64,000 bases of DNA from an uncultured Planctomycetales bacterium (GTDB taxonomy: Bacteria; Planctomycetota; Phycisphaerae; UBA1845; Fen-1342). Under the pieces are notes generated by a model. The model worked only from the letters and a program-made list of their open reading frames with translations, did not search any database and was not told where the DNA came from. The stretch lies in the NCBI GenBank assembly GCA_964418235.1, contig CAYQLG010000008.1:2164-66163 (forward strand), written 5' to 3'. The translations under genes were made by a program, and so were the position numbers. Positions 36,684 through 46,144 of the stretch are shown one piece after another (the first letter of the stretch is position 1; every line of letters begins with the position of its first letter).

Positions 36684-38285
36684 TTATTCACTACACCCTC
36701 CCGCCATCAATTTCCGCACCGCCTCCAGGGTATCCGCATCGATCGCGCGCTTGTCCAGGCGCTGCCGCAGAATGCGCGGAAAGCGCAGCGCGATCCCCGC
36801 GCGGTGGCGCGTCGAATCCTGCAACGCCTCGAAACCGAGTTCAAAGACCAGCTCGGGCTTGACGATGCGCAGCGGCCCGCGGCGGCCCAGCGTATTGTCG
36901 CGGATGAAGCGATCGACCGCGCGGATTTCTTCATCCGACAGGCCCGAGTACGCCTTCGCCACCGGCAGCAGTTCGCTGTTGCTCCAGACGGCGAAGGTGT
37001 AGTCGGTGTAGAGGCCCGCGCGCCGGCCTGAGCCGCGCTGCGCAAAGACCAGCACGGCGTCGATGCAGAACGGCTCACACTTCCATTTCCACCAGTCGCC
37101 GCGCGTCCGTCCGACGCCGTAGGGCGACGTGAGCTTTTTGAGCATGAATCCCTCGACGCCGCGTGCGCGCGCGGATTCGAGCAGGGCGCGGGCGGCGGCC
37201 CAGTCCGGCACATGCTCCAGCGGAGAAATCCGCAGCGGCAGTTCGCGCGGCATGTCGGCGACGAGCGCCTCCAAGCGTGCCCGGCGCTCGGCGAGCGGCG
37301 TCGAACGGATGTCCGCGCCGTCTGCCTCCAGCAGGTCATAGACCAGGAACACGACCGGGGTTTCAGGCCAGAAGCGCGGCTGCTCGTGCTTGCGCGTGAT
37401 GCGCCGCTGCAAGCGCGTGAAAGGCAGCGGCCGCTCATCTTCCCATGCGAGTATTTCGCCGTCGAGGACGACGCCGTCAGGCAGATGGCTGATGATGTGG
37501 AGTAATTCCGGGAAACGTGCCGTGATCAATTCCTCGCCGCGCGACCAGAGCAGACGCTCGTCGCCGCGATGGATCATCTGCGCGCGGATGCCATCCCATT
37601 TCCATTCGATCTGCCACGCCGTGAGCGGGCCGAGATCGTCGGCTTGGCCCTCGAGCGGCGAAGCCAGGAAGAATGGATAGGGCTGGGCCGGGTCGCGCTC
37701 GGTCGTCGGCGGGTCGAGCAGACGCTGATAGTCCGCCGGTGTCGGTCGCCAGCGACGCAGCAGACGATGCTGCATCACGGCCGGATCGACACCCGCGATC
37801 TCGGCGATGGCGCGCAGGACCAGCCCGCGCGCCACGCCCACGCGAAACGTGCCCGAAATCAGCTTGTGAAAGAGATAGCACTGCGGCCGGCTCAGCTCGC
37901 TCCAGGTCTGACGGAGGATCGACCGGCGGCCGTCGTCGCTGAGCGCGCGCAGCGGAACCAGCCGCTCCTCCACCAGCGTATGCAGCGGCACGTCAACCGG
38001 CGCGGGATTTTCCGGCAGCAGCAGCGTCAGCGTTTCGGATTGATCGCCGACAACGTCATAACACTCCTGAATCAGCCACAACGGATAGCCGGTGAATTCG
38101 GCAATCCACTCGCGCAGCCGCGGACTGGCGACACTGCGCAGCAGCCGCTGACCCGTCAGGAAAAAGAGCGCCCACGCCGCATCCGCCGGCGGCGCCTCGC
38201 GGAAGTAGCGCTGCAGCGCCGCGACTTTGTCGGCGGTCCGGCTGGTCGCATCGAGTTCGGCGTAGAGCTGGGCGAAGCGGCGCAC
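36684..38285 (-). CDS. ATP-dependent DNA ligase
   Basis: Adenylation motif I EWKWDGIRAQ, later motifs FMLKKLTSPY and GDWWKWK, OB-domain tail. ORF open to 38552. GTG 38285 (VRRFAQLYAELD) is proposed as the start (~534 aa), but this is uncertain. Confidence 0.8.
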   Translation of the reverse strand: MRRFAQLYAELDATSRTADKVAALQRYFREAPPADAAWALFFLTGQRLLRSVASPRLREWIAEFTGYPLWLIQECYDVVGDQSETLTLLLPENPAPVDVPLHTLVEERLVPLRALSDDGRRSILRQTWSELSRPQCYLFHKLISGTFRVGVARGLVLRAIAEIAGVDPAVMQHRLLRRWRPTPADYQRLLDPPTTERDPAQPYPFFLASPLEGQADDLGPLTAWQIEWKWDGIRAQMIHRGDERLLWSRGEELITARFPELLHIISHLPDGVVLDGEILAWEDERPLPFTRLQRRITRKHEQPRFWPETPVVFLVYDLLEADGADIRSTPLAERRARLEALVADMPRELPLRISPLEHVPDWAAARALLESARARGVEGFMLKKLTSPYGVGRTRGDWWKWKCEPFCIDAVLVFAQRGSGRRAGLYTDYTFAVWSNSELLPVAKAYSGLSDEEIRAVDRFIRDNTLGRRGPLRIVKPELVFELGFEALQDSTRHRAGIALRFPRILRQRLDKRAIDADTLEAVRKLMAGGCSE

Positions 38286-38548
38286 GGCCCGATTGTACGC
38301 GCCGGCGGGAGGGGGAGATGAAGAGCGAAGGTCGAATAGCGAGGAGCGAAATACGAAATCGCGGTTCTGCTCGATCGTGGTCCGATGGAAGCCGTGATCG
38401 GATATCTGAGCGGTCGTGCTGTCGCGCTGCTCCGGCTCGAAGTTGCCCCAAATGGCTCGAGCTCGCTTTTTTTGATCGGCGCTCCATCGATGGGGAGGAC
38501 CATCAGTTTCGCCGCCTGTGCATCCAAGCCGCGACTCGGGTGCGCTCG

Positions 38549-38587
38549 TCAAAAAAATGACGGGGCAGGCGCCAGGCCTGCCCCGTC
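38549..38587 (-). terminator. Rho-independent terminator after 38617..41268
   Basis: 12-bp stem GACGGGGCAGGC (38559-38570) pairs with GCCTGCCCCGTC (38576-38587). On the minus strand it is followed by TCATTTTTTTGA (plus-strand A7 at 38551-38557). Confidence 0.75.
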
Positions 38588-38616
38588 CAGACGGCTCGCT
38601 TGGATTTCAGGAAGCC

Positions 38617-41268
38617 TTACCCGCCGGCGACCAGCGCCTGCACGAAGGGCCCGATGTCGTTGAACGTGACGAGGTTGTCACCGTCCACGTCCGCCTGCAG
38701 GTAATCACACGCCGGGAATTGGGCGTCATAGGGCGCCTGCCCGACCAGCGCGACGACGAACGGGTTGATGTCGTTGAAATCGACGCGTCCATCGCAGTTC
38801 GTATCGCCGGGCAGCGTAACGCGGACCTCGACCGTGGCATGCGCCGTTTCGCCGCGCGCATCCGTGGCCGACAGGGTGATCGTGTGGAGCGCCAGATAGC
38901 GCTCCGGCGAGATCGACAGTTGCAGGGCCGCGCACGGGTTGAGCGTCGTGCCCAGCGGGGTTTCGGTGGTAGCGTCGTTCCATCTCACCGAATAGGGCGG
39001 AATGCCGCCGTTGACGCGGCCGTTGAAACAGACCTCAGCGCCCGGTCGCACGCGCACGCCGTCGACGGGCGCGACAACATCGGCCGCCAGCGGCGGGGCA
39101 TCCACGTGGATGTCGAGCGTCGCGCCGCTGCGGTTGCCGGCGGTATCGGTCAGCGTGACCAACAAGTGCGCCGTCGGGCGAATCCATTGCTGCGGAATGG
39201 CGCAGGGCTGCTCGTAGTAACCGAACTGCACGTCGTCGACCTGGATCGAACGCACCGGCGTGCGGACGTTGCCGATCGTGATAGCCGGGCCGAGCGCCGC
39301 CAGGTCGCCGAGCACGCGCGTCAGCGGCAACAGCGTCACCGTGCCCTCAGGTTGCAACATGCGATAGCCGTGCCGGGCGGTCCGCAGAAGTTGCCCGTTG
39401 TCGCCGAGGATCACGTTCAACTCCCCGCCCGGGCCGAAGACCGGCGTCTGGGCCGGGCCGAGCGTGCGGCGGAAGACCACGCGCTGCGCGAGGTTGAAGC
39501 TGCTGGCCGCCAATTCTTCGCCGCTGCGCCGATCCACATCAGCCTGGCGGATGAAATCGACAAACGCCACCTGGGCGCCAGTCGGGAATTGTCCCCACGC
39601 CGTCAGAAAGCCGGTGGCGGTCTCGACGGCCTGACTGGCGCTGAGCAGGCGCGGCGGGGCGGCGCGCGGCGTGAGCCAGGTGCGCTCGTCGGTCAGCTCG
39701 ATCGCGCGCGTAGCGCGGCAGACGCGCAACTTGATTGGACCATCGACGGCATGAATCGTGTCGCCGCTGGGGTTGGTGGCGATTTGCGCGCCGCAGAGCT
39801 GCTGGCCAGTGCCGCACAAACGCTCCGCGATCGCGGCGACCGTTTGCTCGGTGGCCGGCTGCGTGATGTTGCGAAAGAGCGTCGCCGTCGCCGGCAGACC
39901 GCCGTTGGCCGCGAGCAGATTCGCGGAAACGATCACTTCGACGCTCTCGCTGGAATCGGCGTTGGCATCGAAGACAACGGGATTCTCAACCGGCGGCTGA
40001 GCCTGGTGCTGATAGCGGATCAGTGCGGACGGATGCTCTTCGCCGTCCGAGTCGGAGGTGGTGACGAAGTTCCAGCGCGTGTAGCAGCAATCGACGACCG
40101 GATCGGCGGCGACGGTCCCTTCGCCCCAGATGTAATCGTTGCCCATCGTGCTGTTTTCACCGATCACGCGGATATCGACGCCGCTGCCCATGAAGCGATC
40201 CATCGTTTCGAACCAGGCGGTCTTGACGCGCGTCGCGCCGTCGAGGAACCAGGTCGAGACGAGCCGCTCGCCGAAATCTTCGCCATATTCGGCGTCGGCG
40301 ATGTTGTCGACCGCGCCGCAGATCAGGTGCAGCCCGTCCATCGCATTGGCCCAGCCGCCATCGCTGGTGAGCGTCTGACAGACGGCGAGCGCGACCCACT
40401 CGAGATCGCCATCGCCCCAGGCGCCGCTGGCGTCGCCGGTGGAGACGCAGCAATCGTCGCGGGTCTGGTTGCCGAAGATGAAGCTGGTCGAGTTGCCGTG
40501 GCCGGCGAAATAGGCGAAATCGCGCGCGTCGGGGTATGTGCCTTCGGTGCCGCCGCTCGCGGAGCGCTTCCAATCCTCTTCCCAAGCCGAGCTATTTCCG
40601 TAGCCGGCCCAGGCCCAGCCGGCGTCATCGAGTTCGTCGCGCAGGCCCCAGGCGTCGTCGTCGCAGGCCGGCAGGTTGATCTGTCCGGTTCCGGCATAGT
40701 TCACCACATATTCATAGAAAAACGTGTTCCCGCCGCCGTCGCCGCTGTCATCGAGATCGGTCTGCTCGAGCCGCGGGATGATCTGGATGACGCCACGGCC
40801 ATCAGGCTTCTCGGGGTCCGCCGGCGTAACGAGCCGCACCGCCTGCGCGTGAACCGCTTCGCCGAAAATCCAGCTTTCGCCGCTGCCGGCAACAATCGTG
40901 GCGGCGTAGGGTTGCCAGGCGCCGTCGAGGTCTTGAACTTCCACGGTGTGTATCGCGGCGGCTCCGACGATTTGAAGCGTGTTCAGCCAGCGTGGCGCGC
41001 CCAGGCGCAGGATTTGTTCTGTTTGACCATCGCCGCGCTGGGTCAGGTGAACGCGCGCCGCAGCTTCCGCCGTAACGATTTGCCCGCGAAAAACCGGCGC
41101 TCCGCCGGCAGCGCCCCAGCCCCCGGCAGAGTGCGCCTCTCCGGCCACGAGCGGGGCCGTTGCCATCAAGGCCCCCGCGAGGCTTGAAGACAAGATCCGC
41201 CGGCAAGCCGGTCGCAAACGAGCTGATTTATCGCCAAGTGGATGCGATGTTCGGCGAAGCCGATCCAT
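38617..41268 (-). CDS. Large exported multidomain protein: discoidin-like N-domain, clan-CD-like His/Cys dyad region, Ig-like repeats, dockerin-like C-terminal module
   Basis: ORF open to 41337; ATG 41268 gives MDRLRRTS...SSSLAGALMATAPLVAGEA. FAYFAGHG and WVALAVCQ lie 40 residues apart. C-terminus GDTNCDGRVDFNDINPFVVAL...ADVDGDNLVTFNDIGPFVQALVAGG. The 889-aa plus-strand ORF is antisense noise. Confidence 0.7.
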   Translation of the reverse strand: MDRLRRTSHPLGDKSARLRPACRRILSSSLAGALMATAPLVAGEAHSAGGWGAAGGAPVFRGQIVTAEAAARVHLTQRGDGQTEQILRLGAPRWLNTLQIVGAAAIHTVEVQDLDGAWQPYAATIVAGSGESWIFGEAVHAQAVRLVTPADPEKPDGRGVIQIIPRLEQTDLDDSGDGGGNTFFYEYVVNYAGTGQINLPACDDDAWGLRDELDDAGWAWAGYGNSSAWEEDWKRSASGGTEGTYPDARDFAYFAGHGNSTSFIFGNQTRDDCCVSTGDASGAWGDGDLEWVALAVCQTLTSDGGWANAMDGLHLICGAVDNIADAEYGEDFGERLVSTWFLDGATRVKTAWFETMDRFMGSGVDIRVIGENSTMGNDYIWGEGTVAADPVVDCCYTRWNFVTTSDSDGEEHPSALIRYQHQAQPPVENPVVFDANADSSESVEVIVSANLLAANGGLPATATLFRNITQPATEQTVAAIAERLCGTGQQLCGAQIATNPSGDTIHAVDGPIKLRVCRATRAIELTDERTWLTPRAAPPRLLSASQAVETATGFLTAWGQFPTGAQVAFVDFIRQADVDRRSGEELAASSFNLAQRVVFRRTLGPAQTPVFGPGGELNVILGDNGQLLRTARHGYRMLQPEGTVTLLPLTRVLGDLAALGPAITIGNVRTPVRSIQVDDVQFGYYEQPCAIPQQWIRPTAHLLVTLTDTAGNRSGATLDIHVDAPPLAADVVAPVDGVRVRPGAEVCFNGRVNGGIPPYSVRWNDATTETPLGTTLNPCAALQLSISPERYLALHTITLSATDARGETAHATVEVRVTLPGDTNCDGRVDFNDINPFVVALVGQAPYDAQFPACDYLQADVDGDNLVTFNDIGPFVQALVAGG

Positions 41269-41596
41269 CCGGCTGTCGGCGCCGCGCCGCCGCACCAAAC
41301 CGGATTCGCCCCTTAAGCTTCTTCCGTAACTGACCATAAGAAGTCTCCGAAAAAGTTATCAAAAAAACCACTCTTTGCCCGCCGCCGCACGTGCGCCGGC
41401 ATCGACTTTTCGCATGAGCTTGTTTCTGAGAGCTACATGCCTGGCTTCTGCGAGATCATCCGGAAATACAAACGTAGATTAGCTCGCTTTGTTTGCAGCT
41501 TGTTTCAGCCTAGCTTGTTGCGGGGACAGCACCAAACGATTTTCTGGAAGTGGACGCGGCTTTCACAGGCGGGCGCGATCGTTTATCGTAAATTCC

Positions 41597-42544
41597 ATGG
41601 CCCCCGCCCTTGAGACACCGGTTTGGACGCGGAAACATCTGCTCGATCTGGAGAGTCTTTCACGCGAAGAGATTCTCTTTGTGCTGGACACCGCCGAGAG
41701 CTTCAAAGAGGTCTCGACGCGCAGCATCAAGAAAGTGCCTGCGCTGCGCGGGCGGGTCGTGGTCACGATGTTTTTTGAGGACAGCACACGCACGCGCATG
41801 AGCTTTGAGCTGGCGGCGCAGCGGCTCTCGGCCGACGTGATCGACTTCACCGAAAAATTCAGCAGCACGCAAAAAGGCGAGACGCTGCTCGACACCGCCC
41901 GCAACATCGAGGCGATGGGCGTCGATTTCATGGTGCTGCGTCATCCCGCCGCCGGCGCGGCCGAGCATCTCGCCAAGAGCGTCTCGTGCACCGTGATCAA
42001 TGCCGGCGACGGCCAGCATGAGCACCCGACGCAGGGTCTGCTCGACCTCTTCACGATTCGCGAGCGGCTGGGGCGCGTGGCCGGGTTGCACGTCGCGATC
42101 GTCGGCGACATTGCGCATAGCCGCGTGGCCCGCTCCGACATTCACGGCTTGCTCAAGCTGGGGGCGAAGGTGACGCTGGTGGGGCCGCCGACGCTCGTAC
42201 CGAAAGCGTTTGAGCAGATGGGCTGCCGCGTGTCGCATGATTTCGATTCACTGCTGCCGGATTTGGACGTGATCAATCTCCTGCGAATTCAGAAGGAGCG
42301 AATCACGAGCCAGGTCTTTCCGTCGGTGCGCGAGTATGTGCGTTTCTTCGGGATGAATCGTGAGCGGCTGGCGCGCTGTCGCAAAGACGTGCTGATCATG
42401 CATCCGGGGCCGGTCAACCGCGGCATCGAGCTGGCGGCCGACGTCGCCGACGGGCCGAACTCCAGCATCCTCCGGCAGGTGACCAACGGCCTGGCGGTGC
42501 GGATGGCGGTGTTGTTCCTCTGTCAGCAAGCGGGCAGCGCGTAG
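41597..42544 (+). CDS. pyrB: Aspartate carbamoyltransferase catalytic subunit
   Basis: Internal ATG 41597 (MAPALETPVWTRKHLL). FFEDSTRTRMSFE, HEHPTQGLLD, IMHPGPVNRGIE. Confidence 0.9.
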   Translation: MAPALETPVWTRKHLLDLESLSREEILFVLDTAESFKEVSTRSIKKVPALRGRVVVTMFFEDSTRTRMSFELAAQRLSADVIDFTEKFSSTQKGETLLDTARNIEAMGVDFMVLRHPAAGAAEHLAKSVSCTVINAGDGQHEHPTQGLLDLFTIRERLGRVAGLHVAIVGDIAHSRVARSDIHGLLKLGAKVTLVGPPTLVPKAFEQMGCRVSHDFDSLLPDLDVINLLRIQKERITSQVFPSVREYVRFFGMNRERLARCRKDVLIMHPGPVNRGIELAADVADGPNSSILRQVTNGLAVRMAVLFLCQQAGSA

Positions 42545-42550
42545 AGCAAT

Positions 42551-42706
42551 CAATGCTTCGTCACGCTTGTATTGGCGGGTTCGAAACAAGGGAAGGGTAG
42601 CATGGGCCTACGGCCTATGCGTCTGGCAGCAAACAACGGCACTCATTTCACGCCATGACGCCGAAACCCGTTCCGTTCATTCCGAAAATTCAAGCGTGGC
42701 AGACTA
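42551..42706 (-). mobile_element. Family B MITE-like element (copy B3, degenerate termini)
   Basis: CAATGCTTCGTCACGCTTGTATTGGCGGGTTCGAAACAAGGGAAGGGTAGCATGGGCCTACGGCC...CCGAAAATTCAAGCGTGGCAGACTA. Starts 7 nt after the pyrB stop. Confidence 0.65.
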
Positions 42707-42736
42707 CAAGAGCATGTTCAGAAAGGCCTCTCGCTT

Positions 42737-42941
42737 AGCGGAGCCACGACCGTAAGAGACTGTCGAAATACACCGCAACGGCGCGCCGAATGCTTGGCGC
42801 AGCATCAGACCTGGGGTTTGGATGCCAAGCCAGGCGATCGGCAGGCTGTCGAGCTTGATTTTGAGATGTATTTCGACAGCCTCGTAAGGGAGTGGTTAGA
42901 TTTTCCGTGAAGCTCCGCTTCCTTACGGTCGCGGCTCTGCT
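42737..42941. repeat. About 205-bp element with nested inverted repeats (structured RNA or another MITE)
   Basis: Outer arms 42737-42756 / 42922-42941 (18 of 20 complementary). Inner arms 42760-42772 / 42867-42879 (13 of 13). Extra 7-bp pair CGTAAGG 42883-42889 / CCTTACG 42921-42927. Confidence 0.7.
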
Positions 42942-42989
42942 ACGGAGGGTGAATTCTGCCGCGTGATATTATTCACAGACTCCGGCTGA

Positions 42990-43025
42990 TGCAATTCGTT
43001 CTTCGCTGTTCGACATTCGAACTTG
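42990..43025 (+). repeat. Family A core fragment
   Basis: GCAATTCGTTCTTCGCTGTTCGACATTCGAAC resembles the TTCAATTCGTTCTTCGCCATTCGCCATTCGCAC core. Confidence 0.5.
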
Positions 43026-43040
43026 ACGATCGATGTCGCC

Positions 43041-43628
<588 letters not shown>

Positions 43629-43732
43629 CGGGTCGCTTTCGGCAGATTTTCGCACGGATCGGCCGGCTGCATCGGCGCGGGTCACGCGGGGCACTGGCCG
43701 CCGCGCGCCGGCGCGGCTAGCCTCTCTGCGTC

Positions 43733-44113
43733 ATGATACGCATCTCGCATGAAGAGTTCGACCAGGCGGTCGAGTCGGCCCTGGCCTCGATTCCGGATCA
43801 GTTTCGCAGTTACATCGAGAATGTCGTGGTCGAGGTACACGAGCGCCCCAGCGCGAAGCTGCTGCGAGACGAGGAAATCGACGGCGAACCCGACGAGATA
43901 CTCGGGCTTTATCTGGGTACGCCGGTCGGGCACGATCTGCTGGAGGCGGCGCCGCAACTGCCCGATCGCGTGCTGATCTTCCGGGCCAACCTGTGCGACT
44001 TATGCGAGAGCCGGGAAGAACTGATCGAGGAAATACGCATCACGGTCCTGCACGAGATCGGTCATCACTTCGGAATGGATGAAGACCGGCTGGAGGAGCT
44101 GGGTTACGACTGA
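43733..44113 (+). CDS. Small zincin-like metallopeptidase family protein (DUF1025/Zincin_1-like)
   Basis: 126 aa. HEIGHHFG (HExxH) near the C-terminus. Family-typical N-terminus EEFDQAVESALASIPDQF. Confidence 0.75.
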   Translation: MIRISHEEFDQAVESALASIPDQFRSYIENVVVEVHERPSAKLLRDEEIDGEPDEILGLYLGTPVGHDLLEAAPQLPDRVLIFRANLCDLCESREELIEEIRITVLHEIGHHFGMDEDRLEELGYD

Positions 44114-44150
44114 CGCAATGTTTGTGCGCGGATGTAAGCAGTCGAGCCGC

Positions 44151-44249
44151 GCTGTAGCGTTGGGCCTCCGTGCCCAACGCCGGGTCGTGCGGGCGCTTCA
44201 TTCGAGCGGCCGACGCGCGGGATGGTGGGTAGGTGGAAATGAGGAATGG
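44151..44249 (+). repeat. Family A hairpin module plus a degenerate GTGGGAAG-like array
   Basis: GCTGTAGCGTTGGGCCTCCGTGCCCAACGCCGGGTCG (44151-44187) nearly equals 23604-23640. GATGGTGGGTAGGTGGAAATGAGGAATGG at 44221-44249. Confidence 0.65.
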
Positions 44250-44331
44250 TTCAGGCTGGAAACATTTCCGGTGGTTCACGCAACAACCCTCGCCATCGCC
44301 TGAAGCGGAACAAGTCGGCAAACAATCAACA

Positions 44332-44368
44332 GCAACGGCAGGGTCGCAGTGATGCGCCCTGCCGTTGC
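44332..44368 (-). terminator. Hairpin terminator candidate after 44422..45837
   Basis: 12-bp stem GCAACGGCAGGG / CCCTGCCGTTGC with a 13-nt loop. On the minus strand it is followed by TGTTGATTGTTTG. Confidence 0.45.
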
Positions 44369-44421
44369 CGACGTTGGCTAAAAGCTCATGCGCGCCACGG
44401 CGCGTGAATCAAGGCGATGGC

Positions 44422-45837
44422 TTAGCAGCCACCCGCGACGACGCAGGCCACGAAGCCGTTGATGTCGTCGAAGTTGACGACGCCGTCCTGATTGACGTCC
44501 GCCGTGAGCGGATCGCAGGCCGGATACTGAGCCAGGTAAGCCGCCTGATCAATGATCGCCAGCGTAAACGGCGTGATATCGTCGAAGTTGACGACGCCGT
44601 CGCAATTCGTATCGCCCAGCGGGCCGACCGGCACCGGCGTCGGGACGCTGACGCCCGAAACGACCAGGTTGCCCAGCGTGCCCGGACGGAAGAGGCCGAT
44701 CGTCACGTTGCCGTTGGTCGGCGGGCGGGTCGAGTCGAAGCGGAAGTTGTAGAGCGTGCTCCAGCGGAGGGCGTTGGCCGTCAGGTCATTCGCTGTGGTC
44801 CACGTCTCCGTGCTCCAGGTGATCGCGTTGCCGGCGGTGGAGTTGGTCCAGTCGGTGCCGACCTGGCGCTCGCCGCTGTGATAGGCGATGTCGCGGAATT
44901 CGATGTTCGAAAGTGTGCCGCCGCGATTGGGCACGCTGAATGAATTGGCCCCGCGATGCGAATTCAGGTTGTACAGAGCATACTCATAGTGCCAGCGACC
45001 GCCGCCGAGGTCGGTGGTTTTCCAACCGAGATAGAAGCGACCCTCACTGGGAACCTGCACGATGCGGACCTGGGCGCCCGGGTCGTTGGCCGGCCAGGCC
45101 ATGATCGCCGGCAAAAGGCGGAAGGTCGGACCGGTGGCGCTGACGATATAACCGCCGCCGCTCAGCGCACCGACCGAGAGGCGCTCATAGGAAGCGTTGT
45201 TGTTGCCGTTGCTGCCGCCGTCGGCTTGTCCAAAGAACTGAGCGTCGTCTTGGGTGATGTATTGTCCTTCGGCGAAGTAGATGGCGCCGGGGTTGAGCGA
45301 GGGGTTGAAATCGTCGTTGCTGACCTGAATGCGCTTATAGATCGCATCGCCGGTCTGGCTGCGCGCGAAGTGCGGGAAGGCGAAAACGCCGGTCCAGGCG
45401 TTGACTTCGAACTTCGGACCGAGGTTGCCCTGCGAGCCGTTGAGGCCGGCGCTGTACGGATCGGAGCAGCCGACGCCGAGCACCGAGCCGCCCTGGCCGC
45501 TGCACGAGTGGCAGAGACTCTGCGTCAGAGCGGTGAAACCATGCTTGAGCCAGCCCTGGCCGATCATCTCGAACCGGCCATTCTTGAGCCTGTACATGTT
45601 CTGGGCGATGACCGGGTGACGGTTCGTGCTCGAAACCCAGGCGATCGTCGCCGAGCCGATGTTGCACGAGGTGGTGCCGATCGAGTAGGACGTGGTGTTG
45701 CCGATGGTGCCCCACTTGTTGATGTCGAGCAAGTCGCCCACGATGACGTCGGGTCCATTCGTGCGTGTTTGGGCGCTCGCGACCAGCGCAGCATAACCCA
45801 GACAGAACCCCAGCATTGCAAACCGAGTGCGCTTCAT
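44422..45837 (-). CDS. Exported hypothetical protein with dockerin-like C-terminal module
   Basis: ATG 45837 after GGGAGAGG. Signal MKRTRFAMLGFCLGYAALVASAQ. C-terminus GDTNCDGVVNFDDITPFTLAI...ADVNQDGVVNFDDINGFVACVVAGGC. Confidence 0.65.
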   Translation of the reverse strand: MKRTRFAMLGFCLGYAALVASAQTRTNGPDVIVGDLLDINKWGTIGNTTSYSIGTTSCNIGSATIAWVSSTNRHPVIAQNMYRLKNGRFEMIGQGWLKHGFTALTQSLCHSCSGQGGSVLGVGCSDPYSAGLNGSQGNLGPKFEVNAWTGVFAFPHFARSQTGDAIYKRIQVSNDDFNPSLNPGAIYFAEGQYITQDDAQFFGQADGGSNGNNNASYERLSVGALSGGGYIVSATGPTFRLLPAIMAWPANDPGAQVRIVQVPSEGRFYLGWKTTDLGGGRWHYEYALYNLNSHRGANSFSVPNRGGTLSNIEFRDIAYHSGERQVGTDWTNSTAGNAITWSTETWTTANDLTANALRWSTLYNFRFDSTRPPTNGNVTIGLFRPGTLGNLVVSGVSVPTPVPVGPLGDTNCDGVVNFDDITPFTLAIIDQAAYLAQYPACDPLTADVNQDGVVNFDDINGFVACVVAGGC

Positions 45838-46144
45838 GCAACCTCTCCCAAAGGACTTGTTCAAGTGCCTGATTCCAGTCGCGGTTTCGACCCCGGCGCC
45901 TCGCCGAGCGTGAACCGATCCGACCTCTGCCAAGAATCTCAGTCTACAACACGCCGCCCAAGACTCAAGAGTATTTGCATATCGCTGGGAAGTTTTGCCG
46001 AATAATTTTCGGTCGATGTCGGCTATTTCGTTCAAATCGTTCAGCGCGATCGCGTACTGAAAACTAGAGTGATCGATCCGTTTGTCCGGCATCGAGCCGC
46101 CTGGTCGCCGCCTCTGCTGCCGGAGCGGCAGGGTGGCGGCCGGC

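Noticed and set aside
38286-38552. Upstream 89 codons of the ligase ORF
   Set aside because: This region contains a family A fragment (38318-38365) and abuts the terminator of the upstream gene (38549-38587). Its translation has no ligase similarity. The exact start still needs experimental or comparative confirmation.
38518-41187. 889-aa ORF on the plus strand
   Set aside because: It is antisense to the 38617..41268 gene. That gene has a signal peptide, recognisable domains and the dockerin-like tail. The plus-strand product is Arg/Ala/Gly-rich with no motifs, which is typical high-GC antisense noise.
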